DNA from: a virus
Lineage: Duplodnaviria > Caudoviricetes
Reading direction: 5' to 3' (one strand)
Length of the DNA: 51,842 bases
Virus record (IMG/VR): IMGVR_UViG_3300012953_000044
Coordinates: 1 to 51,842 of that record
Positions 9,553-19,012 of this stretch are shown here, piece after piece. The position numbers were made by a program, and so were the translations under genes. Numbering within the stretch: position 1 is the first letter of the stretch; each line of letters begins with the position of its first letter. Below the pieces are notes generated by a model that did not search any database, was not told the origin of the DNA, and saw only the letters and a list, made by a program, of their open reading frames with translations.

Positions 9553-11776
9553 ATTATATAGAGAAATAACAAGCTTGATTCCTAAATCAGTAGTCTCTAA
9601 TAAAAATAGGGGAAGAACGTGGTTATATGGGTATAATGAAAAATATGATATAGTGGTTATATCTAAGACAGGTCAAATTGAAACCGTTATTGAAATTAAT
9701 GGATTAAAAATTGCATTACCCAAACCTCCGAAAGATATAGATAAAAGGTCTCCAAAAAAAGAAGAGCAGTATTGGGAAGCAAAACCTATTTCTAAAGAAC
9801 TTAACCGTATTAAATCTATATTTCAATGGCATGAAACACCTGATGTTTTTAAGTCTCAATGGGTAGAGTATATTGAAAAAGAGTTTGATAGAAGAGATCA
9901 AGGATATTGGTTTATGAATAATGGCATGCCTACTTACATCACAGGAACTCATTATATGTATTTACAGTGGACTAAGATTGATGTAGGTAATCCTGATTTT
10001 AGAGAAGCTAATAGAATATTTTATATATTCTGGGAAGCTTGTAAAGCGGATAAAAGAAGTTTTGGAATGTGTTACTTAAAAATCAGACGTTCTGGATTTT
10101 CATTTATGAGTTCTTGTGAAGGAGTTAATAAAGCTACTATAACTAAAGATGCTCGTATTGGAATACTTTCTAAAACAGGAGCTGACGCTAAAAAAATGTT
10201 TACAGATAAAGTAGTTCCTATTTCTAATAACTACCCTTTCTTTTTTAAACCTATTCAAGATGGTATGGATAAACCTAAAACTGAATTAGCATACAGAGTT
10301 CCCGCCTCAAAGATTACAAAAAAGAATATGCATACGTTAGCGGATGAGGAGTTAGAAGGGTTAGATACTACTATTGACTGGAAGAATACTGGTGATAATA
10401 GTTATGATGGAGAAAAATTACAATTACTTTTACATGATGAAAGCGGTAAGTGGGAAAAACCAGATAACATATTGAATAACTGGCGAGTAACTAAAACATG
10501 TTTGCGTTTAGGTAGTAAGATAATTGGCAAATGTATGATGGGATCTACCTCTAATGCTTTAGATAAAGGAGGGTCAAATTTTAAATCTTTATATGAAGAT
10601 TCAATGCCTAATAAACGAAATGCAAACGGCCAAACTAAATCGGGATTATATTGTTTATTTGTTCCAATGGAGTGGAATTTTGAAGGATATATAGATAGAT
10701 ACGGAATGCCTGTTTTAAAAACACCAGCTAAAGCGATAATAGGTATTGACGGTGAAAACATAAAGGTAGGAGCGGTAGATTACTGGAAGAATGAAGTAGA
10801 CTCTTTAGCTCAAGATCCTGATGCTTTAAATGAATTTTATCGCCAGTTTCCACGTACCGAGTCTCACGCTTTTAGAGATGAGAGTAAACAATCTCTATTT
10901 AATTTAACTAAAATTTATCATCAGATAGATTATAATGATTCATTAATTATAGATCATCATTTAACACGAGGTTCTTTTAGTTGGGAAAATGGAATTAAAG
11001 ACACTAAAGTGATTTGGTCGCCCAATAGAAGTGGAAGATTTTTAGTAAGCTGGACTCCCGCTAAGCATTTGCAAAATAGAATGATTACAGAGAGAGGTCG
11101 TAAAAAACCAGGGAATGAACACTTAGGTTCATTTGGATGTGACTCTTATGATATTTCTGGGGTAGTGGTTGGTAAGGGATCTAATGGTGCTTTACACGGC
11201 TTAACTAAATTTAATATGGATGACGCTCCAAGTAATGAGTTTTTTTTAGAATATATAGCTCGTCCTCAAACTGCAGAGATATTTTTTGAAGAGGTGTTAA
11301 TGGCTTGTATATTTTATGGAATGCCTATTTTGTGTGAGAATAATAAACCGCGATTACTATATCATTTTAAAAACCGAGGGTACAGAGGGTATTGCATGAA
11401 TAGACCTGATAAAACTTACAATAAATTATCTAAAACTGAACGTGAATTAGGCGGTATTCCTAATACATCTGAGGATGTAAAACAGTCTCATGCGTCAGCA
11501 ATAGAATCGTATATTGAGAAACATGTAGGGATAGATTCTCAAGGTACTTATAGGGAGACGGATGACATGGGAACTATGTATTTTCAAAGAACTTTAGAGG
11601 ACTGGGCAAAGTTTGATATTAGTAATAGAACTAAGTTTGATGCAGCTATTAGTTCGGGATTAGCGATTATGGCTAATCAAAAGCACTTATACACACCATC
11701 TAAACAAAAATCAAAAATAAGTGTTAACTTTGCAAGATATAATAATAAGAGTACACTTAGTAAAATAATTACATGA
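9530..11776 (+). CDS. terL: Terminase large subunit
   Basis: Walker A variant KIRRSGFS, Walker B LLLHDESGK, motif III GST, nuclease FGCDSYD and KFDAAIS; TTG start. Confidence 0.9.
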   Translation: MQSQDQNKLYREITSLIPKSVVSNKNRGRTWLYGYNEKYDIVVISKTGQIETVIEINGLKIALPKPPKDIDKRSPKKEEQYWEAKPISKELNRIKSIFQWHETPDVFKSQWVEYIEKEFDRRDQGYWFMNNGMPTYITGTHYMYLQWTKIDVGNPDFREANRIFYIFWEACKADKRSFGMCYLKIRRSGFSFMSSCEGVNKATITKDARIGILSKTGADAKKMFTDKVVPISNNYPFFFKPIQDGMDKPKTELAYRVPASKITKKNMHTLADEELEGLDTTIDWKNTGDNSYDGEKLQLLLHDESGKWEKPDNILNNWRVTKTCLRLGSKIIGKCMMGSTSNALDKGGSNFKSLYEDSMPNKRNANGQTKSGLYCLFVPMEWNFEGYIDRYGMPVLKTPAKAIIGIDGENIKVGAVDYWKNEVDSLAQDPDALNEFYRQFPRTESHAFRDESKQSLFNLTKIYHQIDYNDSLIIDHHLTRGSFSWENGIKDTKVIWSPNRSGRFLVSWTPAKHLQNRMITERGRKKPGNEHLGSFGCDSYDISGVVVGKGSNGALHGLTKFNMDDAPSNEFFLEYIARPQTAEIFFEEVLMACIFYGMPILCENNKPRLLYHFKNRGYRGYCMNRPDKTYNKLSKTERELGGIPNTSEDVKQSHASAIESYIEKHVGIDSQGTYRETDDMGTMYFQRTLEDWAKFDISNRTKFDAAISSGLAIMANQKHLYTPSKQKSKISVNFARYNNKSTLSKIIT
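11725..11732 (+). promoter_or_regulatory. Candidate -7 promoter box TAACTTTG upstream of portal
   Basis: TAnnTTTG inside 3' end of terL, 41 nt before ATG 11773. Confidence 0.35.
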
Positions 11777-14208
11777 AAGCAGTAAAAATCGATATACAAT
11801 CTGCTGCCTTTCCTGATCAGTTTGTCTCTGACAAAAAGAAGGCTACTAAAGAGTTTGGATTACAAGTAGGTCAGGCTATACAATACGAATGGTTTCGTAA
11901 AGACGGAATGAACTGTAGGTTTTATAACCAATGGGCCGACTTTAACCGTTTACGTTTGTACGCCAGGGGAGAGCAGTCAGTAGCAAAATACAAAAATGAG
12001 TTAGCGGTAGATGGAGATTTATCGTATTTAAATTTAGACTGGACTCCAGTTCCTATTATACCAAAGTTTGTGGATATTGTGGTAAATGGAATGGCAGATA
12101 GAATGTTTAAAGTAAACTGTGTAGCGACAGATGCTATGTCTGCTGAAAAGAGAAGTCAATTCCAGCAAATGGTAGAGATCAATGTAGCTGCTCAAGATTT
12201 ATTTAAACAAGTAGAGAGAGATTTTAAAATGGAAGTTTTCCAGGTGGACCCAGAAACTCTTCCATCGAGTGATTCTGAGATGGAACTGTACATGCAGTTA
12301 AATTATAAACCAGGTATAGAAATTGCAAATGAAATTGCTATAGATACCATGTTGGAGGAAAACCATTATGTGGACGTAAGAAAGAGAGTAGATATGGACC
12401 TAACAACTTTAGGAATAGGAATGACTAAACATATGTTTCAACAGGGTGATGGAATTAGAGTTGATTATGTAGATCCAGCAAACGTTGTTTATAGCTATAC
12501 TGAAGACCCTTACTTTAAAGACTGTTTTTATTGGGGAGAATTAAAAACTGTACCTATTACAGAGGTTTTAAAAATAAACCCTGATCTCACACAGGAAGAT
12601 TTAGAGGAAATTTCAAAATACAGTCAAGCTTGGTATGATTACTATAATGTAGCGGCTATGTATGAGAACAGTATGTTTGCAAGAGACTCCTGTACTTTAT
12701 TATTTTTTAATTATAAAAGCACAAATAGTTTTGTATATAAAAAGAAACAACTTGCTGAGGGTACTTTTAAAACTGTAGAAAAGGATGATGAGTTTAATCC
12801 ACCAGAAGAAATGATGGAGGAAGGAAAATTCGAAAGAGTAGAAAAAAGAATTGATGTTTGGTATGATGGGGTAATGGTGATGGGAAGCAACTTATTGTTA
12901 AAGTGGGAGTTAATGGAAAACATGGTAAGACCAAACTCTGCTAATCAATATGCTATGCCTAACTATGTGGCTTGTGCTCCTCGAATGTATAAAGGAACAT
13001 TAGATTCATTAGTAAGAAGAATGATTCCTTTTGCTGATTTAATACAAATTACTCATCTTAAATTACAACAAGTGGTTTCTAAAGTTGTTCCAGATGGAGT
13101 ATTTATAGATGCTGATGGATTAAGTGAGGTTGATTTAGGAACAGGTAATGCTTATGACCCATCTGATGCGTTGCGTTTATATTTCCAAACAGGTAGTGTG
13201 GTAGGAAGAAGTTATACTCAAGATGGAGAATATAATAATGCTAAAGTTCCTATTACTCAATTAACATCTAATAGTGGAGGAAGTAAAATGCAAATGCTAA
13301 TTGGAAATTATAATCATTATTTAGGAATGATTAGACAAGTAACAGGGTTAAACGAAGCAAGAGACGCGTCTACTCCAGATCCAGATTCTTTGGTAGGAGT
13401 TCAAAAATTAGCTGCTTTAAATTCTAATGTAGCTACACGTCATATTTTAAATGCCAGTCTATATATAACCAGAACTATTGCTGAATGTTTATCTATTAGA
13501 ACAGCAGATATTTTAGAGTATGCAGATTTCAAAGAAGAGTTTGCTATGCAAATTGGAAAATATAACTTAGGTATTATAGAAGAAATTAAAAACCTTTATC
13601 TATATGACTTTGGTATTTATATTGAAATGTCTCCAGATGAAGAGGAAAAAGCTCAATTAGAAGCTAACATTCAAGCTGCTTTAAAAATGGGAGGTATTGA
13701 TTTAGAGGATGCTATTGATATTAGAACTATTAGTAATTTAAAGATGGCTAACCAGTTGCTAAAAGTTAAAAGAAAACAAAAAGAAGAAAAAACTAAACAG
13801 ACCGAAATGCAGAAGCAAGCTATGCAGGCTCAACAGCAACAAGCTCTGCAGCAGCAAGCAGCACAAGCTAAAATGCAACAAACTCAAGCAGAGTTACAAT
13901 CTAAGATTCAAATTAAACAAGCCGAGATCGCTTTTGAAATAGAAAAACAAACCAATGAAGCAGACCTTAAACGTAGATTAATGGATGTAGAATTTAGATA
14001 TAACATGCAGTTAAGAGGAATGGAACAATCACAGATTGATGCAAGAGAAACTCAAAAGGAAGATGCTAAAGCAGCTCGAATTAGTTTAGGAAATACTCAA
14101 CAATCTAAAATGATTACTCAGAGAAAAACAGGAGGTGCCCCTATTAACTTTGAGTCTAACGAAGATAGTTTAGATGGATTTGACTTAGCGGAATTTGAGC
14201 CTCGATAA
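11773..14208 (+). CDS. Portal protein
   Basis: Follows terL; 811 aa; PIIPKFVDIVVNG and QVTGLNEARD segments; Gln-rich C-terminal coiled coil like podoviral portal barrels. Confidence 0.85.
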   Translation: MKAVKIDIQSAAFPDQFVSDKKKATKEFGLQVGQAIQYEWFRKDGMNCRFYNQWADFNRLRLYARGEQSVAKYKNELAVDGDLSYLNLDWTPVPIIPKFVDIVVNGMADRMFKVNCVATDAMSAEKRSQFQQMVEINVAAQDLFKQVERDFKMEVFQVDPETLPSSDSEMELYMQLNYKPGIEIANEIAIDTMLEENHYVDVRKRVDMDLTTLGIGMTKHMFQQGDGIRVDYVDPANVVYSYTEDPYFKDCFYWGELKTVPITEVLKINPDLTQEDLEEISKYSQAWYDYYNVAAMYENSMFARDSCTLLFFNYKSTNSFVYKKKQLAEGTFKTVEKDDEFNPPEEMMEEGKFERVEKRIDVWYDGVMVMGSNLLLKWELMENMVRPNSANQYAMPNYVACAPRMYKGTLDSLVRRMIPFADLIQITHLKLQQVVSKVVPDGVFIDADGLSEVDLGTGNAYDPSDALRLYFQTGSVVGRSYTQDGEYNNAKVPITQLTSNSGGSKMQMLIGNYNHYLGMIRQVTGLNEARDASTPDPDSLVGVQKLAALNSNVATRHILNASLYITRTIAECLSIRTADILEYADFKEEFAMQIGKYNLGIIEEIKNLYLYDFGIYIEMSPDEEEKAQLEANIQAALKMGGIDLEDAIDIRTISNLKMANQLLKVKRKQKEEKTKQTEMQKQAMQAQQQQALQQQAAQAKMQQTQAELQSKIQIKQAEIAFEIEKQTNEADLKRRLMDVEFRYNMQLRGMEQSQIDARETQKEDAKAARISLGNTQQSKMITQRKTGGAPINFESNEDSLDGFDLAEFEPR

Positions 14209-14236
14209 ATGCTTAAAAAAACAATTAAAATAACAT

Positions 14237-14244
14237 TAACTTTG
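14237..14244 (+). promoter_or_regulatory. Bacteroidota-type -7 promoter box TAACTTTG
   Basis: TAnnTTTG in portal-scaffold gap, 22 nt before ATG 14266. Confidence 0.6.
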
Positions 14245-14265
14245 TAAAACTTAAATTAAATTAAA

Positions 14266-15429
14266 ATGGACGAAAATCAAACACCGAAAATAACGGTAAG
14301 GGAAGTTACCGGAGAAGAAAAATCTCGAGCACAAGTAGAGGAGGTATTACTAAAAAAGCATGAAGAAAAACATAATGTTGAAGAAAGTAAGACTGACGTG
14401 GAGAGAGTGGATACAAGCACTGAGAGTTCCACCCCCGAGAATAAACAAGAAGAAGTACAACAGAAAGATGAAACACAAGAAGCCTCATCAAGCTTAACTG
14501 ATGAAAACGTTCTTTCATATATTAAAGAAAGGTATAATAAAGACATATCTTCTGTGGATGATTTGTTTGCTCAAAGAGAGTTAAATGAAGACTTACCTGA
14601 AGATGTAGCTGCATACTTTCAATACAAAAAAGAAACGGGTCGTGGAATTGGTGATTTTGTAAAATTACAACAAGATTACGATTCTATGGATAATGATAGA
14701 TTGTTGTCTCAATATTATTCTCAAACCGAAGAAGGTTTAGATAGTGAGGATATTAAAGACTTAATGGATGAAAAGTTTGGATATGATTCAGATTTAGATG
14801 ATCCTAAAGAAATTAAGAAAATTGAGAGAGCAAAGAAAAAGGAACTTGTTAAAGCTAAGAAGTTTTTTACTGAACAAAAAGATAAATATAAAACTCCTCT
14901 TGAGTCAAGTGGGAGCGGATTATCTGACGAGGACAGAGAAAAATTTAATAGCTATAAAAGTTATATAGAAGAGTCGACCTCTGCTCAAGAGGCCCAGAAG
15001 AAAAGGTATGATTATTTTTTAGATAAGACCAATGAGGTCTTTAACGATGAATTCAAAGGTTTTGAGTTTAATGTCGGAGAAAAAAGTTTTACATTTAAAC
15101 CTGGAGATAACAAAGAGTTGAAGAGCAAACAATCTGACGTTAATAATTTCGTGAATAAATACATGGATGAAAAAACAGGATTGATTGCAGACCCAGCTGG
15201 TTATCATCGCGCTATGTCGGTGGCTATGAATTTAGATAAGTTTGCTGAATTCTTTTACAATCAAGGTGTTACCTCGGCTGTAGATGATGTAAGTAAGAAG
15301 TCTAAAAACATAAACATGGAAATGCGTAGAACTCCAACTAATCTAAGTAAAGATGGCTTAAAGATTAGAACGGTTGGAGACACAAGTAGTGGAAGAGGGC
15401 TCAAAATTAGAAGTATTAAAAAAAGTTAA
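14266..15429 (+). CDS. Capsid scaffolding/assembly protein
   Basis: Highly acidic helical protein between portal and major capsid gene; basic C-terminal GLKIR repeats. Confidence 0.7.
   Translation: MDENQTPKITVREVTGEEKSRAQVEEVLLKKHEEKHNVEESKTDVERVDTSTESSTPENKQEEVQQKDETQEASSSLTDENVLSYIKERYNKDISSVDDLFAQRELNEDLPEDVAAYFQYKKETGRGIGDFVKLQQDYDSMDNDRLLSQYYSQTEEGLDSEDIKDLMDEKFGYDSDLDDPKEIKKIERAKKKELVKAKKFFTEQKDKYKTPLESSGSGLSDEDREKFNSYKSYIEESTSAQEAQKKRYDYFLDKTNEVFNDEFKGFEFNVGEKSFTFKPGDNKELKSKQSDVNNFVNKYMDEKTGLIADPAGYHRAMSVAMNLDKFAEFFYNQGVTSAVDDVSKKSKNINMEMRRTPTNLSKDGLKIRTVGDTSSGRGLKIRSIKKS
14360..14497 (+). CDS. Nested +1-frame basic peptide (45 aa) with ArfA-like KKKYNRKMKHK motif
   Basis: Own translation MKKNIMLKKVRLTWREWIQALRVPPPRINKKKYNRKMKHKKPHQA*; alternative ATG at 14375; host frame uses atypical GC-ending codons here. 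Confidence 0.55.
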   Translation: MKKNIMLKKVRLTWREWIQALRVPPPRINKKKYNRKMKHKKPHQA

Positions 15430-15451
15430 AAATTAAAAAAATTTAGAAATT

Positions 15452-16873
15452 ATGGCAGTAAATGCAACACCAGGGTTTGACCTTCAGCCAAGTGCGGAAA
15501 GGGTAGCCCTACCAAGTAACTACATTACCAATTTCGATTTCTTGAATCAGTATCTTCCAGATACTTATGAGAAAGAATTTGAAAGATATGGTAATAGAAC
15601 AGTAGCTTCATTCTTAAGAATGGTAGGCGCTGAAATGCCTTCTAACTCAGACATGATAAAATGGGCTGAACAAGGAAGGTTACATACTAAGTATACTAAT
15701 GTAACATTAGCAGCAACAGGTGCTACTACAGGTACATTAACAGTAGCTGACACATTAAGTCCAGCAGGAAGTAATATAGCGGTAAGAATAGGTCAAACTA
15801 TTTTTATCTCTGATAACACTCCAGGGTCTACATTGAGTAATAAAGCAGTTGTAACTGGTGTGACTCAGAACACGATTGCTGTAGCATTCTATGAGGCTTT
15901 ATCTGTTGTTCCAGCAACTCCATCAACATTAACTGTAATGATTTACGGTTCGGAATTCGCTAAAGGAACTAACGGAATGGCTGATTCATTAGAAGCTAAC
16001 GATGTGTTCTTTGACAACAAACCAATTATCATTAAGGATACTTACGAGGTAAGTGGTTCTGACATGGCTCAAATTGGATGGGTTGAAATATCTACTGAAA
16101 ACGGTGGATCAGGATACTTATGGTACATGAAGTCTGAGCACGAAACAAGATTACGTTTCGAAGACTACTTAGAAACAGCAATGATTGAGGCAGTTCCGGC
16201 TGCTCCTAACTCAGGTGCAGAGGCAGCTTTATCTACTTCAGCAGGTGCGATAGGTACAATCAACGCAGGTTCTGAAGGAGTATTCTACGTAGTAGGTGAG
16301 AGAGGAAATGTTTGGGGTGGTGGTAATCCAACTACTCTTGCAGGATTCGATTCAGTTATTTCAAGATTAGACAAGCAAGGTGCTATTGAAGAAAATGTTC
16401 TTTTTGTTAATAGACAATTCTCTTTCGATATGGATGATATGTTAGCTGCTCAAAACTCTTATGGAGCGGGTGGTACTTCATATGGTTTATTTGATAATGA
16501 TGAAGATATGGCTCTTAACTTAGGGTTCACTGGATTCCGTAGAGGATATGACTTCTACAAGTCTGACTGGAAATACCTTAACGATGCTTCAATGAGAGGT
16601 GATATTGTAGGTGGTGCAATCAATGGACTTTTAGTTCCAGCTGGTTCTACATCTGTATATGACCAAATCTTAGGTAAAAATGCAAAGCGTCCATTCTTAC
16701 ACGTTCGATATAGAGCGTCTGAGACTGAAGACAGAAGATATAAAACTTGGATCACTGGTTCTGCTGGTGGAGCAAGAACATCTTCTTTAGATGCAATGCA
16801 GGTTAACTTCTTGAGTGAAAGAGCTTGTTGTACTTTAGGTGCAAACAACTTCTTCTTATTCCAAGATGCATAA
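15452..16873 (+). CDS. Major capsid protein
   Basis: 473 aa after scaffold; strong codon bias (TTC, TAC, AAC); followed by strong terminator; EFERYG...KWAEQGRLH and C-terminal LSERACCTLGANNF. Confidence 0.85.
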   Translation: MAVNATPGFDLQPSAERVALPSNYITNFDFLNQYLPDTYEKEFERYGNRTVASFLRMVGAEMPSNSDMIKWAEQGRLHTKYTNVTLAATGATTGTLTVADTLSPAGSNIAVRIGQTIFISDNTPGSTLSNKAVVTGVTQNTIAVAFYEALSVVPATPSTLTVMIYGSEFAKGTNGMADSLEANDVFFDNKPIIIKDTYEVSGSDMAQIGWVEISTENGGSGYLWYMKSEHETRLRFEDYLETAMIEAVPAAPNSGAEAALSTSAGAIGTINAGSEGVFYVVGERGNVWGGGNPTTLAGFDSVISRLDKQGAIEENVLFVNRQFSFDMDDMLAAQNSYGAGGTSYGLFDNDEDMALNLGFTGFRRGYDFYKSDWKYLNDASMRGDIVGGAINGLLVPAGSTSVYDQILGKNAKRPFLHVRYRASETEDRRYKTWITGSAGGARTSSLDAMQVNFLSERACCTLGANNFFLFQDA

Positions 16874-16887
16874 TCAGTAATATTCAA

Positions 16888-16918
16888 GGGGGAGGATTAA
16901 CCTCCTCCCCTTTTTTTT
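16888..16918 (+). terminator. Rho-independent terminator
   Basis: GGGGGAGG-ATTAA-CCTCCTCC stem-loop followed by CC and T8. Confidence 0.85.
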
Positions 16919-16941
16919 AACTTTAATTAAATTATAATAAA

Positions 16942-17778
16942 ATGAAAAAAACACAAAAATTCGTAGATAAATCCTACAAACTTACGAGAGGACGTGCGCC
17001 TTTAGCATACATGCTTTCTTCTCACCATACCAAAAGAACTAATCTTCTTTATTTTGATGAAGAGACTGGAACAAATAGACCTCTTCGATATTCAAGAAAC
17101 CAAAAATCTCCATTTGAAGATGAACAAGATGGAAATATTATAATGGAGCCAATTATTTTTGAAGATGGTTTATTATATGTTTCTAAACAAAATCAAGTTC
17201 TTCAGCATTTCTTAAATTTACATCCAGGTAACGGAAATATATTTATAGAAATTGATAATGCTAAAGATGCTCATCAAGAATTAGAAGTAGAGAACCTTGT
17301 TTTAGAGGCTCAACTTGTGGCTCGTGATTTATCAGTAGAAAAGTTAGTGACTATAAGTAGAGTTTTATTAGGATCAGATGTAGATAAAATGAGTACTGCG
17401 GAATTAAAACGAGATATATTAGTATTTGCTCGACAAAATCCTGTAGACTTTTTAGATATTTTAGATGATCCAGCTTTACAAGTTCAAGATGATGTAGTTC
17501 AGTTTTTCCAAAATGGATTATTAGTATTAAAAAACAAACAAAGAGATGTTTACTTTAGTCTCCCTAATAATAAAAAGAAGTTTTTAACTGTTCCATTCGG
17601 AGAAGAACCGTATGATATAGTAGCTTCATATATGCAAACTGATGACGGGGTAGAAACTTATAAACTCTTAAAAAGAAACTTGAAAGGAGAAGCTCCTCAG
17701 TTTGAAGTTGTTAATGAAATGCAGGAGGTTAAGATCGAAAATAAACCTAAAAAGAAAAAGAAGGCCTCTAAATCTTAA
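16942..17778 (+). CDS. Hypothetical protein downstream of major capsid gene
   Basis: 278-aa ORF with A-rich leader; basic C-terminal tail. Confidence 0.8.
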   Translation: MKKTQKFVDKSYKLTRGRAPLAYMLSSHHTKRTNLLYFDEETGTNRPLRYSRNQKSPFEDEQDGNIIMEPIIFEDGLLYVSKQNQVLQHFLNLHPGNGNIFIEIDNAKDAHQELEVENLVLEAQLVARDLSVEKLVTISRVLLGSDVDKMSTAELKRDILVFARQNPVDFLDILDDPALQVQDDVVQFFQNGLLVLKNKQRDVYFSLPNNKKKFLTVPFGEEPYDIVASYMQTDDGVETYKLLKRNLKGEAPQFEVVNEMQEVKIENKPKKKKKASKS

Positions 17779-17795
17779 GGAGGAGATACTTAAAG

Positions 17796-17822
17796 AAACA
17801 CCTTATTAAGGTGTTTTTTTTT
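17796..17822 (+). terminator. Rho-independent terminator
   Basis: AAACACCTT-ATT-AAGGTGTTT stem running into a T tract. Confidence 0.75.
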
Positions 17823-17825
17823 ATG

Positions 17826-17833
17826 TATCTTTG
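17826..17833 (+). promoter_or_regulatory. Bacteroidota-type -7 promoter box TATCTTTG
   Basis: TAnnTTTG directly after terminator, 34 nt before ATG 17867. Confidence 0.65.
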
Positions 17834-17866
17834 TACTTTATTAACCCATTAAAAACTTTTTATAAA

Positions 17867-18145
17867 ATGGAAAAATTCTTATCAATTCCAGTTACAGGAG
17901 CTGGAAACAATCTTTTAAGCGTCAGTGGAGTCCTGTCCGTCACAGCGGCCAGTGCAACTGCAACTGACACAGTAATAACTTATATAAATGGAAACACAGC
18001 AACCATTACTTCAGATGCTCAAGTAGCTTATGATGTAAAAACAGCAATTCAAGATGCTATGACAGCGGCGTTAGCAACTTCTTGGACTCGTGTTACTTAT
18101 GCGGTAGTGCCTCCAAAGGCGGTATCGGCAATAGCTATAGCGTAA
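17867..18145 (+). CDS. Small putative virion protein (92 aa)
   Basis: ATG 17867 (MEKFLSIPV) preferred over track TTG 17831, which lies in the promoter box; A/T/S-rich. Confidence 0.7.
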   Translation: MEKFLSIPVTGAGNNLLSVSGVLSVTAASATATDTVITYINGNTATITSDAQVAYDVKTAIQDAMTAALATSWTRVTYAVVPPKAVSAIAIA

Positions 18146-18930
18146 TGGGAAAGTTTATTAAAATACCATTACCGATAATGAACGCTACAGCGGACAATCC
18201 AGCAGCAGCAGTTAGTTCTACAACAACTGGTGCAGTAACCGGAAAATTAACAGACTCTGGTCAAACATTTACTTCTTCAGTAAGTGTAGGAGATATTGTT
18301 TTCCCAGGAGGATCCGCATCTACAGTCTATGCAACAGTGAGTGCTATAGATAGTGATACAGCGTTAACGCTTGGAGGAGATGCAGCCGCTATTGCATTGT
18401 TAGATAATAACACTCAAGCGTATAAAATTTTTACTGTTGCTAATGCTAAATCTTTAGTTTCTTCAGCAGGAGGATTTTCAACTAATGTAAAACCAGGTGA
18501 TATTGTTCTTAATTCAACAACTGGTATTGAGGGGAAAGTTACACAAGTAACTTCAGATACTCAATTGTTACTGGACACTATATTATTTAATGACAACGGT
18601 TCGGATAATGCTGTTGTTTTAAGTGCAGATGGTAATTTTGGACAATTAGTTAATATAAGCAATATAGGACAAACACTTGCTTTCCCAGGTGGTGCGTTTA
18701 CGATTGGATGTTCTATTGCGTATAAGTCTAAAAGCACTCCAATTGATGATATGGCAATAACTATATCAGAAGCTCAAGCAGATTATAACTGGTACAATGC
18801 GTTTACGGAATTAATCGTAGAAGTATTAGAGTCAGACTGGAAAAATGTGGTTAAAACTATGCCATATATTAAGTCTCCTGCTGGTTCTACTTCACCATTT
18901 CTTTATGCTACAAGTATAACTTTTGCATAA
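18145..18930 (+). CDS. Putative virion protein, paralogue of upstream gene with inserted beta domains
   Basis: ATG 18145 via TAATG coupling (MGKFIKIPL); two copies of LxxSxxxF..xVxxGDIV. Confidence 0.7.
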   Translation: MGKFIKIPLPIMNATADNPAAAVSSTTTGAVTGKLTDSGQTFTSSVSVGDIVFPGGSASTVYATVSAIDSDTALTLGGDAAAIALLDNNTQAYKIFTVANAKSLVSSAGGFSTNVKPGDIVLNSTTGIEGKVTQVTSDTQLLLDTILFNDNGSDNAVVLSADGNFGQLVNISNIGQTLAFPGGAFTIGCSIAYKSKSTPIDDMAITISEAQADYNWYNAFTELIVEVLESDWKNVVKTMPYIKSPAGSTSPFLYATSITFA

Positions 18931-18949
18931 TAAATAGTTAAATATTAAG

Positions 18950-18984
18950 AGAGGTCTACAAAAAAAGTGGACCTCTTTTTTTTT
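18950..18984 (+). terminator. Rho-independent terminator
   Basis: AGAGGTCTAC-A7-GTGGACCTCT stem (one G-U) followed by T tract. Confidence 0.8.
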
Positions 18985-18986
18985 CT

Positions 18987-18994
18987 TATCTTTG
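18987..18994 (+). promoter_or_regulatory. Bacteroidota-type -7 promoter box TATCTTTG
   Basis: TAnnTTTG directly after terminator, 19 nt before ATG 19013. Confidence 0.65.
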
Positions 18995-19012
18995 TGGAAA
19001 TGTTTATATACT

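Noticed and set aside
9530-14208. Intein or intron in terminase or portal
   Set aside because: Continuous ORFs with no splice-junction or homing endonuclease motifs seen
17831-19012. ORF-track starts at 17831, 18082 and 18992
   Set aside because: They fall in promoter boxes or in the upstream gene; ATGs at 17867, 18145 and 19013 fit leaders, coupling and paralogy better
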